DNA of 41,388 bases from an uncultured virus (IMG/VR IMGVR_UViG_3300011223_000002) (lineage: Duplodnaviria; Heunggongvirae; Uroviricota; Caudoviricetes). The position numbers and the translations under genes were made by a program. The notes below the pieces were generated by a model. That model was not told where the DNA came from. It did not search any database and saw nothing but the letters and a program-made list of their open reading frames with translations. Location of the stretch: positions 186,001 to 227,388 of IMG/VR virus record IMGVR_UViG_3300011223_000002, one strand, 5' to 3'. Below, piece after piece: positions 27,536 through 37,700 of this stretch. Within the stretch, counting starts at the first letter, position 1. Each line of letters opens with the position of its first letter.

Positions 27536-27871
27536 TTACAAAGCCTCCAATACGTTTTCCAAGCGTTGTTGGATCTCCCCCTCACTGACTGAGATCCGTG
27601 CCGCCATATCAGTGGTGTAAGTCTCAAGAGTCAACGAATCGCCCTTGTTAGTAATACGGGCAACAGGAACATCCATGTGGGCGAAGCGATAGAACAGTAA
27701 ATCGTGATCTTTCGTCGAAACACGTGGGACCACGGCCAAGGTCAGTCCGGATGAACAATCCGCGATCACCTTAGGTACTGAGTGACACGCTACCCGATCC
27801 ATGAAACGGGTGTAGAGATCGTAGGTGGCTGCTGCTGGTTCTTTGATGCGAGTGTTGGAGATAATGCCCAT
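27536..27871 (-). CDS. Hypothetical protein
   Basis: ORF in operon; start uncertain (ATG 27871 or upstream). Confidence 0.6.
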   Translation of the reverse strand: MGIISNTRIKEPAAATYDLYTRFMDRVACHSVPKVIADCSSGLTLAVVPRVSTKDHDLLFYRFAHMDVPVARITNKGDSLTLETYTTDMAARISVSEGEIQQRLENVLEAL

Positions 27872-27930
27872 GTTGTTATTCGCTCTTGGCGGTTGATAAA
27901 TACTCTGTGTAAAATACATCATCAACCACC

Positions 27931-27969
27931 AAAAATAACAAAGGTAGGAGAGTAGGGTTTCCCCTACTC
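27931..27969 (-). terminator. Intrinsic terminator
   Basis: GAGTAGGG-tttc-CCCTACTC stem with T-rich tail on the minus strand. Confidence 0.6.
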
Positions 27970-27979
27970 CCTTGTGATT

Positions 27980-28798
27980 TTAGCGTTTACCCCACACGGT
28001 GTCGATGATCTCCACCACTTCATCGATCTTCTCGATAACCATGCGAGACCAAGGCTCGAAGTCGGCGCCTTCTTTGTAAGGCACCAGATCACCGGTCAGG
28101 GTCTGCTTCAGCTGATCAATGGTGAGCCAACCCACTTCCTTGTTGACTTCTTCCTTCATCTTGAAGCCGGTGTTCTGCGGGATCGGGATGAGGAACAGAG
28201 CGCCGAAATGGATGTTACCGACGTACTTCTCGCCCGGCTTGCTGTCCATGACGAACCCACACGGATAAGAGTGGTCATTGATCGTAGAAAGAGCGAGCTC
28301 CAAGGACGATAGACTGCCGATCTTCTCTTCGCGTAGCAACTCGACTTCTTCCAGGAATTCCCGGGTCAGGTTATTGCGAACGGTGGTGGTATGGTCGATG
28401 ACCGCCGTGGGTTCACTCAATTCAACCGAGGTTTCCGAAACCACCCCGTAGTAACCCAGATCATAACGCTCGATGTGACCGCCTGGCGCCAACGACAGTT
28501 TCATCGACAGCTGAGCTTCGGTGTTGATCTTTTCACGGCAGTAGGTAAGGAAGACCACTTCGCCTTCTGCGTTACGGCTGAACGGCAGACCGTAAGCGAT
28601 ACCCTGACGCAGGAGCTCCAGCTCGTTATTCAGCGCGCGTACGGAACCCATCATCGCACCGTCCAGTTCTTTCAGGATACGCTCGCTGTCAGCACCGGAG
28701 AGAATGGTGGCGGTATTGTCAGGTACGAGCTCTGCCAGCTTGCCGCTGTGAACGCCGTAGGTGAATTCGCTGTTCTTTGCTACTTTCTTGAGAATCAT
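27980..28798 (-). CDS. NUDIX-family phosphoesterase (COG4112-like)
   Basis: EAQLSMKLSLAPGGHIE...REFLEEV Nudix box, VGNIHFG, FEPWS. Confidence 0.78.
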   Translation of the reverse strand: MILKKVAKNSEFTYGVHSGKLAELVPDNTATILSGADSERILKELDGAMMGSVRALNNELELLRQGIAYGLPFSRNAEGEVVFLTYCREKINTEAQLSMKLSLAPGGHIERYDLGYYGVVSETSVELSEPTAVIDHTTTVRNNLTREFLEEVELLREEKIGSLSSLELALSTINDHSYPCGFVMDSKPGEKYVGNIHFGALFLIPIPQNTGFKMKEEVNKEVGWLTIDQLKQTLTGDLVPYKEGADFEPWSRMVIEKIDEVVEIIDTVWGKR

Positions 28799-28813
28799 TC
28801 TGGATGTCCTTGA

Positions 28814-29125
28814 TCAATGTTGTTCGGTGGAAGGAGGGATATCTTCTTGAATCTTGTCAGCAATGGCTAATGCCACCTGCTTCATGATGTTCACCGTGTC
28901 ATTCTTGGAGAACTCCGACTTAGGGGTCGGGGTAACCTTGATCTCGGTGCGGCGCTGCTGAACGATCAAATGGACTTCGTCAGTCGCCTTGTCCTTGATG
29001 AAGAAGTCGGGGTTCTTGTTCTCACCCACCTGGAAAACGAAATGAGCGGGAGGGCTATACGTCCATTCCCGTTCAACCGTGGGATCAGCCTCGAGGGCCA
29101 TTTTCAGATCCAGTACTTGGAACAT
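28814..29125 (-). CDS. Hypothetical protein
   Basis: 103 aa, AAGGAAGG RBS. Confidence 0.7.
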   Translation of the reverse strand: MFQVLDLKMALEADPTVEREWTYSPPAHFVFQVGENKNPDFFIKDKATDEVHLIVQQRRTEIKVTPTPKSEFSKNDTVNIMKQVALAIADKIQEDIPPSTEQH

Positions 29126-29147
29126 TGTTGCCTTCCTTCAGGAGTAA

Positions 29148-29192
29148 ATAAAAATAATGCAGTAAAAAGGCGACCAGGTTTCCCCGGTCGCC
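29148..29192 (-). terminator. Intrinsic terminator
   Basis: GGCGACC...GGTCGCC stem followed by TTTTT on the minus strand. Confidence 0.65.
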
Positions 29193-29214
29193 AATTAATC
29201 AGGCCGTTGCTCGA

Positions 29215-29655
29215 TTACCCGAACAGCTTGGCCGCTTGTTCTTGACTGGCCGTGCGCTGGGTTTGTACCCACAGGCTTTGTTCTTCACTGTGCATGTAGT
29301 CGACCGCAGTGGTACCCTGGCCGTAGATGTACTCGTCGCCGACTTTCTGCTGCAGGTGGTGCTGGGAGTTGATGGTGAAGGCGCCCATGTCGAGGGTGCC
29401 GTCCAGGGTGGTCAGGGTGTCGTCTTCGGCACGGCGATCACGAGCGATCTGGGCGGTGGCCGTTTCAACCTGGCCCGAGAGTTCGTTGATGAAGGTGGTG
29501 TGAGCCTTGAGCGAGTCGAGGGTCACGCCTTCAGGCATTTCGACTTTGCTGGCGTCGTAGGTGACGTGCTTGGTGGCCGTGTTGAAGTTTGCATTGTCTA
29601 CCAACGACTTGACGGATTTGGTCATCGAATCGTTGAAAGCTTTGTTCAGTTTCAT
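29215..29655 (-). CDS. Hypothetical protein, monocistronic and probably highly expressed
   Basis: 146 aa, strong codon bias, own promoter motif and terminator. Confidence 0.78.
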   Translation of the reverse strand: MKLNKAFNDSMTKSVKSLVDNANFNTATKHVTYDASKVEMPEGVTLDSLKAHTTFINELSGQVETATAQIARDRRAEDDTLTTLDGTLDMGAFTINSQHHLQQKVGDEYIYGQGTTAVDYMHSEEQSLWVQTQRTASQEQAAKLFG

Positions 29656-29753
29656 GTAAACCCCTTCTAGGTAAAATAAGGTGACCGTTATAAGAAGAAA
29701 GCAAGGGAAGTTGTTACTGCCCTCGTCAGGTATGTCCTGATGTGGTCACCCTA

Positions 29754-29770
29754 AGAATATAGGTTTGAGA
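29754..29770 (-). promoter_or_regulatory. Putative early promoter TCTCAAACCTATATTCT
   Basis: Recurrent motif. Confidence 0.55.
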
Positions 29771-29793
29771 TTTTTTAGCCTGGTCTAACGCAC

Positions 29794-30441
29794 TTACGCC
29801 GGAGCGCGTTGGCTGATGATTTCGAGCAAGCCATCGAGCGGAGAAGCGAACAGGTCGACAACGCTGGCAGACTGGATCAACGAGAGGAACCATTCATCAG
29901 TGACTTTGCCTTCGCTGTACAAGGTGGTGAATTGAGCGATCAGCTCATGCTGCATCATCTCAGGGTCACCCACCTCGTCGCTGCGGTGCGCCAGATAGAT
30001 GATCAACGCCTTGGCCGCATCGCTGTCGCTGTTCATAACGGCCGCGCTCGCCAGCAGAGGATCGATACCCAGCAGACGGGAAACCACGAGTTTGAACAAG
30101 GTCAGGTGATCATCGAGCTTGCTGGTCGCAATGCGGTCGATGATGGCCACGGTGATTTCGTTCTCGTTGCTCAGCGAGAACTTGGTCAGTGGGCCCGCCG
30201 TGACGTTCAACGAGTTCATGTACAGCTGCACCAAGGTCTGGACGTAGATCCGCACCGCATCGGTCTTGGCGCTCGACAGCATCACACCTTTGATCAGGTG
30301 GTCGCCAGTCAAGGCATCGAACGACATGTCCCAACGACTCGAACCGGTGGTGTACATGGTTTTCAACAAGCCTACGACGCCAACAGCAGCACGGAGGTTG
30401 CTAACAGCGGTGATGAAATTCAGTTGATTGCTCAGGGACAT
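29794..30441 (-). CDS. Virion protein (phiKZ gp174-like by position)
   Basis: ATG 30441 with GGAG RBS; immediately downstream of the prohead protease. Confidence 0.65.
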   Translation of the reverse strand: MSLSNQLNFITAVSNLRAAVGVVGLLKTMYTTGSSRWDMSFDALTGDHLIKGVMLSSAKTDAVRIYVQTLVQLYMNSLNVTAGPLTKFSLSNENEITVAIIDRIATSKLDDHLTLFKLVVSRLLGIDPLLASAAVMNSDSDAAKALIIYLAHRSDEVGDPEMMQHELIAQFTTLYSEGKVTDEWFLSLIQSASVVDLFASPLDGLLEIISQRAPA

Positions 30442-30548
30442 CGAAATAACTCCATTGAAAAGGAAACAGTCGGGTGGACTATAAAAATAGGGATCAGTTG
30501 TAAAATAAGACATAACCTAGACCCGGTTGCCCGAGCCTAGGTTAGTTA

Positions 30549-31406
30549 TCAGCAGAAAGCACCCATCGACGACGAGGTGACGAGTTCGATCTTCTTCTCT
30601 TTGCGCGGCTGGTGCTTGATCATTTCGTCCAACATCGAACGAACGTTATTGAAGCTTTCAGTGCCAGCGTGGCGCGCCTGGACTTCCGGCATCTTCATCT
30701 TCTTGTCGCAGATGAAGAGCAGTTCTTCCAGGGTGGTGGAGAATTGGATCTGGTTTTGGTCTGCAGGTTCGTAGCTGTCGATCAGACTTTCCAGTCCAGC
30801 CGACAGGTGCTTACAGGCCCGCAGGAAACCGGGTTCGATCACGAAGTCGTAGGTACTCCAATAGTCTACTTCACGCTCAGTGTGACCGAACGCTTGCAAC
30901 TTGGTTACCGTACGAATGGAGAACGCTGAGTTGATATCAGGGTTCTTCAAGCTTTCTTCCATCCAGGCCTTTTTGGGACCGAATGGAATCACTTCGATGT
31001 CGTTGTAGATCGGGTCACGATCACCACCGGTTTTCAACCAATGCACTCGGCGGATATGACCACAGACGTTGTCCATGTCAATTGTCCGCAAACGGTTCAC
31101 CCACTCGAAGAGCTCAGTGATCGGCTTACGCACTACTTCACCGTTGATCAGTACCTTGTAGTACTGAGGTGGGTGATCCAGCTCGCAATACATCTGCCCT
31201 TCTTTTACACGGCGATCGAAGTCCGAACCTGGGCGTTGACACTCGCGCAGGTAATCGTTCAACACGTACTTGATGCCGTGACGGTTTGGCAGGTTGAAAC
31301 CCCCTGCGTTTACCTTGTAGTAGCCGCTGTCATCCATTGGCTTCAACATGCCGCGCTTTCCAGTGCCTGCAAGCAGGACGCCTTCAAAGCTCAGGATCTC
31401 GCTCAT
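30549..31406 (-). CDS. Prohead (head maturation) serine protease, phiKZ gp175-like
   Basis: ELDHP (His), FSIR (Ser), TYDFVIEPG (Asp). Confidence 0.9.
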   Translation of the reverse strand: MSEILSFEGVLLAGTGKRGMLKPMDDSGYYKVNAGGFNLPNRHGIKYVLNDYLRECQRPGSDFDRRVKEGQMYCELDHPPQYYKVLINGEVVRKPITELFEWVNRLRTIDMDNVCGHIRRVHWLKTGGDRDPIYNDIEVIPFGPKKAWMEESLKNPDINSAFSIRTVTKLQAFGHTEREVDYWSTYDFVIEPGFLRACKHLSAGLESLIDSYEPADQNQIQFSTTLEELLFICDKKMKMPEVQARHAGTESFNNVRSMLDEMIKHQPRKEKKIELVTSSSMGAFC

Positions 31407-32131
31407 TCTGGAACCCCTTTGACGATCTTCTCGAGATCAGTCACTTTTGTATCTGGGTTAACGATAGCACCGACCATGTTGTCCTGGAGGTTACCACCTG
31501 TGATCTTCGGCAGGGTGCCGTCAATCAACATGGAGCCGTTGTTCAACCCTACAATGACGGGCGGGCGCCCATCGAGCATGGCTTGGCTGTGGCGGTAAGC
31601 GTTGTCCAAGTTGTCTGGATCCCGCAACATCATGGAATAGTAAATACGCATGTGCTGCGGAGTACTCCCTAGCATCGCGCCACTTTCCTTAGCAGCGTTA
31701 TCAAAGAGTCCGGTCAGTTGTTTTTCGCTGTTCATGTACCATGGGAGTTTAGCGTACTTGTCAAACTCCATGAAGTAGCTGTAGTTACGGTTCGGATCCT
31801 GGATGTAACGCAGGTTCTCGATGAGAGTGTCCCCTTCTTCAAACTCCAGCACGTAGTACTGGGTTTTATCGATCACCGCTTCCCGAATATCTGAAGGTAT
31901 CAGGATGACATCCGCCAGCGCAATCCAGGCGGCATAGCACTCACCTGGAATCACCAAGCCCACTGCCAGCACCGTGCTGACCTTATCTCCCAATTCGGTC
32001 ATACCGTTTTCGGTAAACCGTTTAGGGATATGGACTTCTAAATGACGATTCGCCGTGACAGACAAATCGTCATTAACAGTGTACGCTTTGCGGATCTTGG
32101 CTTTATCGCGCTTGAGTCCGCTCACATCCAC
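31403..32131 (-). CDS. Virion RNA polymerase beta' C-terminal subunit (phiKZ gp176-like)
   Basis: 242 aa; C-terminus LPKITGGNLQDNMVGAIVNP...LEKIVKG resembles the beta' terminus; synteny next to the protease. Confidence 0.72.
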   Translation of the reverse strand: MDVSGLKRDKAKIRKAYTVNDDLSVTANRHLEVHIPKRFTENGMTELGDKVSTVLAVGLVIPGECYAAWIALADVILIPSDIREAVIDKTQYYVLEFEEGDTLIENLRYIQDPNRNYSYFMEFDKYAKLPWYMNSEKQLTGLFDNAAKESGAMLGSTPQHMRIYYSMMLRDPDNLDNAYRHSQAMLDGRPPVIVGLNNGSMLIDGTLPKITGGNLQDNMVGAIVNPDTKVTDLEKIVKGVPE

Positions 32132-32135
32132 AGGA

Positions 32136-33689
32136 TTAGACCTCGATCAGCTTGCTGGCCAACACTTCGATCAGTGCAACGTGCAAACGCTCACGTTTGT
32201 CCGTGATGTTGTCCTCGACCGATTGAGTGACGTAGGTGTGCTCAATGATCTCCGCCGCCAGTTCGCAACCCAGCATACGCAGGAACACGGGGATGAGACG
32301 GGTCTGGAACAGAACTTCCATCGCCTCCGAAGCCTGATCCTGTTCAGAGACAGGCGCGCCGCCACCTGCACCACCTGCCGCTGCCGCATAACGACCGTAG
32401 AAGCTCTGCAGCTCACTCCCGAGGTGCTCGGAGATGATGGTAGCCGTCATGGCATTTTCGGTCTTCAGGTTGGCATCCAGGGCTTGGCGCAGTTCAGGAC
32501 GATCAGCCACGAACTTCACGGCAGCGGCGGTGGCCACGTTGGTGAAGATTTCCTTGGCCTTACGTGTCATCACCAGATCGATCTTGCCGTAGTACTCCTT
32601 CAGCAGACCCTCTACCCGCGCCTTGTCCTTGACCAGGTCCAGCGTCCCGACAGGGTTCCCCATGGCCGTGCTGTATTGAGCGGCATAGACCACATCGTTG
32701 AGCCCAACACCATTGGCCTCGGCCAGTGCGATGGTATCGTTGGTGTAGAACGCGTACGCCTTGAACGACAGAAGGAAGAGCTTTTGGCCTGTGCTGTTGT
32801 CCAGGTGTTCGACGATTTCCGGCTGCTTCTCGTTACGGAGTACGAGACCTCGGGCGCGATACATGTCGACCATCTTTTTCAAGCGCGACAGGTAAACGAT
32901 CATGCCGTTGTACATCAGCTCGACAAATTCGCGGTAGTCTTTCAGCGAACCGTCTTCGAGACCGAGCGGCTTCTCGCTCAGGTACATGCGACCGATCAAC
33001 ACGAACATCTTCAACAGCATGTTGATGTTGATGTCACGTACTTGGGTGAAGTCGACGACACCAGCACCGTTCATCACCAGCAACTCACCCAAACCTTGGA
33101 GGCTGGTCAGTTTCTCGAACGCCATCCCCAGGCTCTCGTCTTCGTCTTTCAGGACGGCCACCACATCAGGGTGGTTGCTGCCAACAAAGTCGAAGAGTTC
33201 ACTGTCGGTGAGGTACTGGAACTTCAGACGCGACAAGGCGGCCAGGGAAACCCCTTGGAAACTCAGCGCCGTGTTGCGCACTTGGGTTTCGTTCGGGTAG
33301 ATCTGCGAGGCGAAGAACGGATCGTCGATGTTGGTGTACTTGATCTCGGTCTTCTGCATGGCCAGGTAAGGCAGGTCAGATGTCCGATATGCGCACGACA
33401 GGCCCGAACAGATGGCTTGCGCCAGGGGGACACCGTAGGTCTTGACCATGTCCAGCGCACCGCGCATGATCTCACCCATGCGCTCAACACCCAGACGCAT
33501 GACGTCGGTGTGTTCGGTGATGTTGGCGGTAACATCGGGGATTTCGTTACGGAAGTTCTCGGTGTAATCCGAGTAGCCGTAACTGACATCGGTCAGGGCG
33601 GTGAGGATAGGGGTTTGGCGAACACGGGTGTCACCGTTCATGGCAACGGCGATGTTTTCAGCCAAAGCCAGGCTATGTTTGGTGATCAT
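32136..33689 (-). CDS. Virion head protein (phiKZ gp177-like)
   Basis: 517-aa helical ORF, GAGGA RBS, synteny. Confidence 0.68.
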   Translation of the reverse strand: MITKHSLALAENIAVAMNGDTRVRQTPILTALTDVSYGYSDYTENFRNEIPDVTANITEHTDVMRLGVERMGEIMRGALDMVKTYGVPLAQAICSGLSCAYRTSDLPYLAMQKTEIKYTNIDDPFFASQIYPNETQVRNTALSFQGVSLAALSRLKFQYLTDSELFDFVGSNHPDVVAVLKDEDESLGMAFEKLTSLQGLGELLVMNGAGVVDFTQVRDININMLLKMFVLIGRMYLSEKPLGLEDGSLKDYREFVELMYNGMIVYLSRLKKMVDMYRARGLVLRNEKQPEIVEHLDNSTGQKLFLLSFKAYAFYTNDTIALAEANGVGLNDVVYAAQYSTAMGNPVGTLDLVKDKARVEGLLKEYYGKIDLVMTRKAKEIFTNVATAAAVKFVADRPELRQALDANLKTENAMTATIISEHLGSELQSFYGRYAAAAGGAGGGAPVSEQDQASEAMEVLFQTRLIPVFLRMLGCELAAEIIEHTYVTQSVEDNITDKRERLHVALIEVLASKLIEV

Positions 33690-33862
33690 TGCTTGTCCTC
33701 GTTGCGGATGACGCGTTTAACCAGGGCTTTGCTGATCTTTTCATCTTGGATGGAAGGATCAAGCGGTGCGATGAAGACGAGGCCAACTTCGTTGATCACT
33801 TCCTTGATGAAGTCAAAGGCATTCGCCAACGACACCGTGTTTTCGATGATGGGTTTGCTCAC
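33686..33862 (-). CDS. 58-aa small protein absent from the ORF track (MSKPIIENTVSLANAFDFIKEV...)
   Basis: GTG start with AAAGGAGA RBS; ATGA overlap with the next gene. Confidence 0.75.
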   Translation of the reverse strand: MSKPIIENTVSLANAFDFIKEVINEVGLVFIAPLDPSIQDEKISKALVKRVIRNEDKQ

Positions 33863-33886
33863 GAGGGATCTCTCCTTTGAAAGGTG

Positions 33887-34765
33887 TTACGCGACGGCGC
33901 GATTCGATGGAACCATACCGGTGTAATACGTGTCGTAAATGGTAGAGCAGATCTGCCCAACCGTGATGAAACCTTTGCGGTCTCGTTTGTCGAAGCCGGC
34001 GTTCTGGGTGTACCCCTTCGTCCCTTCCCGGAAGATAACCTCATCGGCTTTCTTGCCGACAGCAGCCGGGTAGAAGATGGTGAGGTAAAAGTCTTCGAGT
34101 TGGGTATAACGTTTACCGGCACGCTCCCAGAACTCGAAGTACTTGAAGACATAGTCCAGCTGGGTCATGGCATCCATTGCTACCAATTCCGGCAGAGTAG
34201 TCTTCAGATCAGACGCTGCGCCCTTCATGAACTGGATCAAACCAAAGGCCTGAGCCCCCGCCTTGTTCTGAATGCTTGGGGAAAAGGTCCCGTCGCTCTC
34301 AAAGTGCATGCATGCCATGAGCCAGGAGACAGCGCGGGGGTCATAACCTTTGCGAGCGCACCAAGCTTCAATCTTGGCTACGAAAGCTTTCGGCACCAAA
34401 GCGCTCCAACAGGCGCCATAGGCAGGCAGCTTCAGCACTGATTGAGCAACCAGCTTGGCGTGGTCCAAACCACCTTGGGTGCCGTTACCCCAAATGCCGT
34501 CCCAACCGCCTTTATACAAACCCAGACCTGCCAACTGCTTCTGGAGTTCCAGGACCACGTTCTTGCCATCCTCACTTACCTTCGTCGGCAAGCTGGCCGC
34601 TTCCAGAGGACCGCGGCCAATGTGCGTTGCATAGGTGCGAAGCAACGTGCTGGCTCCCAGGGACGTGTTGCGCCCCCAGAAACCATCGATCGCCCCGGCG
34701 TAGAGGTTCAATTCCTTGAGGATGACCTGCAAGTCCTTGAAACCGTTCTTCGTCCGGAAGTTCAT
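33887..34765 (-). CDS. Modular endolysin: two peptidoglycan-binding repeats plus a lysozyme-like/lytic transglycosylase domain
   Basis: LQ..L...LY.G..DG.WG..T occurs twice; catalytic MHFES and GLIQFM motifs. Confidence 0.87.
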   Translation of the reverse strand: MNFRTKNGFKDLQVILKELNLYAGAIDGFWGRNTSLGASTLLRTYATHIGRGPLEAASLPTKVSEDGKNVVLELQKQLAGLGLYKGGWDGIWGNGTQGGLDHAKLVAQSVLKLPAYGACWSALVPKAFVAKIEAWCARKGYDPRAVSWLMACMHFESDGTFSPSIQNKAGAQAFGLIQFMKGAASDLKTTLPELVAMDAMTQLDYVFKYFEFWERAGKRYTQLEDFYLTIFYPAAVGKKADEVIFREGTKGYTQNAGFDKRDRKGFITVGQICSTIYDTYYTGMVPSNRAVA

Positions 34766-34768
34766 GGT

Positions 34769-37700
34769 TTATTTACCTCGATAAATGGCAATAGCCCGTT
34801 GGGTGTGCTGATAACCGTATTCGTTGGCAACGAGCTTGTTACGCATGCTCAGTACCATCCGGTTAAACATACCCTTAAAGCTGGCTTTCATGTCCACAAC
34901 CCGACCGTTCTGAGTCAGCAACACCCGATCCATGATGCGACCGGTGGTGGCTTTCATCTGATTGCCCAAGACCCACTTATCAGCCCAGGTACTTGCGTCC
35001 AGGGATTCGATGTAGATCATGACAAAGGCTTTGCCGGGTGCGATAGTTGGACGCGTTACCTGGAAGGCGTTCGAGATGGCGTTATTGACCACACCGCTCC
35101 CAGTGACTTCACCTTTCCGTTTGGTACGTTTGTCTTCCTTGGTAGCCAGCGAACGAATCGTTTCAGACATCTTGTCCAACGGGGAATTGTAGCGGATTTG
35201 AATGTCGATGATTTTTCCGTGATGCTTGGCCCGGATCTGTTTGATGCCGTAGGTGTTGATATCCTTGACCAAAGCGTTGTCTTCACCGTCGTCCCCCAAG
35301 AAGGGGTCTTCGATATTGCATAAAATCGCGTCTTGCTCGATTTCATCACCGACCTTGACCTTCATCACCAAGTTCTTTTCAACCTCGATGGCAAAGGAGT
35401 TCAGCTTGATATACGGCGTCCGCGACTCTTGTGCAATCTCTGCCGAAACAGCGATGGAGTCTTCATAAACGTCTTGGTCTTCCACCATGGCCACTGTAAC
35501 CATCTTGCCCATGAGGGGTTCGACTTGACCAGGGCAGAATGGATCACGAGCAAACCACATCTCGTCCCAACCCACCACATCGCCTTTATTAAAGGCATCA
35601 CCCACCTTGAGATCAGTTACCCGATTATGCCGGTGGTATTCACCCGACGCCTCACCAATCACCAACCCCAGTGGGTATTTCTCCTGTCGGCCATCCGTGT
35701 ACTCGATGGTCAAACAATCCCGTTCGACCCCAACTACTTTGCCGGCTTCCTTGGCAACCTTGCTGTAGAGTTCTGAGGTACGGTGTGCCAAAACGTTGCC
35801 GTAACCCGTGCGAAGGGAGTTCATCTGGTAGTTGACACCCGCCACCGCCTGCGACGCCTGCGTCGAGGTAAACGAGGTTCGTTTACTGTCGTCGTGAGTA
35901 CCACCGTACATCAGGTTCATGGTAACCGAGCCATCACCGGTTGGCGTGCGTGGAGTCTTCAGGTCGATGTTGCCTCGGAAGTCAGCGATGTTGGCATCAG
36001 ACGTCAGGTAAGTAACGAAACCTACCTTGTAGCTGTCCTTGTTCGCATCGGAGATTACCCCTTGGAACGTGGGTAGCTGCATCCGCGCTTGTTTCCGCAT
36101 CGTGATTTCAGAACGACCACCGGTACCGCCGTAGGTGACCTCCTCCTGGTCCTTTACCTGGTGAACAGGACCGACTTCTTCAACCAAGTTGGCGGAAGTG
36201 TCCGTTGCAATGTTCAGCAGCACGGAGTCTGGATTGAAGTCCAGCTTGTGCTTACGCCCACGCCCCTTGTTACGGAACTGCCGGTGAGAACGACACAGCT
36301 CGCTGTACAGATGACCTGCAAAGCGCTCGTACCCCACGATCCGCTGTTCCTGGATCTCGACCTCGTGACGGGCGTAGTCAGTTTCCAATGCCTTCGCCGC
36401 GTCAATCAGCAGGTAATGGAACGACTCAGACAACCCCATTCGCTTCAACTCACCCCGAGAGATCGGGTCGATGAAGAGCTTGTACAGGTTGTCCATTTCC
36501 TGGAACTGCGAAGGTCGCACGCGGGGATCGCCCATCAGCGAATGCCAGATGTTGGTGCTGTTCAGGTCAGACCGGCTGAAGTTACCGATGTTGTTCAGCT
36601 TTGGCATCCCACCAAAAATCAACGTGGTGAGTTTTTCCCGACGGTTAAAGATCAGGTACTCGTCGTTGAACTTGATGGCGTATTCGTCATCAGACAACTT
36701 AGGACGTGTACCAATCGGAACCACACGTGTGGTGGCATTGATCGCTTTCAGCAACCCGTCGATCCCGAAGTAGTAGCAGAGCACTACACCCAGAGGGAAG
36801 GGGTAACCGCTGACATTGATCACAGCATGTTCGATTGGCGCTTTGCTTAGCGAGATCCCCAACAGTTCCTCTACGCTGGTGAATTCCGCATCGCCGTCAA
36901 ACAGGTTACCGTAGCTGTCGATCGTCAGCGGCTTCCCATCCTTCACCCCCACCAGGAAACGCTCTTGCGTGGCCAGGTGCTTGAACTCAGGGTGTTTCTC
37001 CAACAGCAGGTCGATCTGGAAATCCAGCGTGACATCGCCCACGGTGATCGTCTTGTACTGACGACCGAGCATCGAGTAGATGCGTGGCATGACGTAGTCG
37101 TTGTTCAGGTTACGCCCGCCCGCCTTGCTGAAAGTGTAGCCTTTGGCCTTGGCTTGGATCAAGACTTGTCGACCCATGTAACTCGCCAGGTTGTCCACCA
37201 TCTTCTCGGACCGCTTGATCATTAGCTTACGGTCGTAGTACGTGGTCAGGGCTACCGTGTCGGCTGAGATCTTGCGGAAGACCTTTTCCTTCTTCTGTTG
37301 CTGAAGGTGACTCTTAACACTGTCGATAACAAAGGAACCGTCATCGGTGTTGACTCGAGGGAAGCGGGGATGAATGGTGGTCTGGTCCCCGTCCGGGTGA
37401 TGGAACTGCACGCTGTAGACGTCGTACGAACCTTCGATGCTGGTCACAACCTCGTGCTTGAAGTCGTTCATGGCATAGCCGGCGTTCTGGAATCCCAGGA
37501 ACATGCTGCAAATGTCCTTTTGCAAGAAGCGTTTGGGGTAGTCCAGCTTCATCGACATTGTGCGACTGCGCTTCATCGACTCATCAAGGATGGTGATGAA
37601 GTTACCTTCGATGTGACCGCCGAGGTCGGTGAGCTCTTCAGGGGTGATCTGAATGAACTCCTCGAAAGTCTGACCGTTTTCCATCTCGATGTGTTTGTAG

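Noticed and set aside
32055..33926. 623-aa plus-strand ORF (similar cases at 15897-17291, 17888-18901, 5670-6437)
   Set aside because: Antisense shadows of well-supported genes
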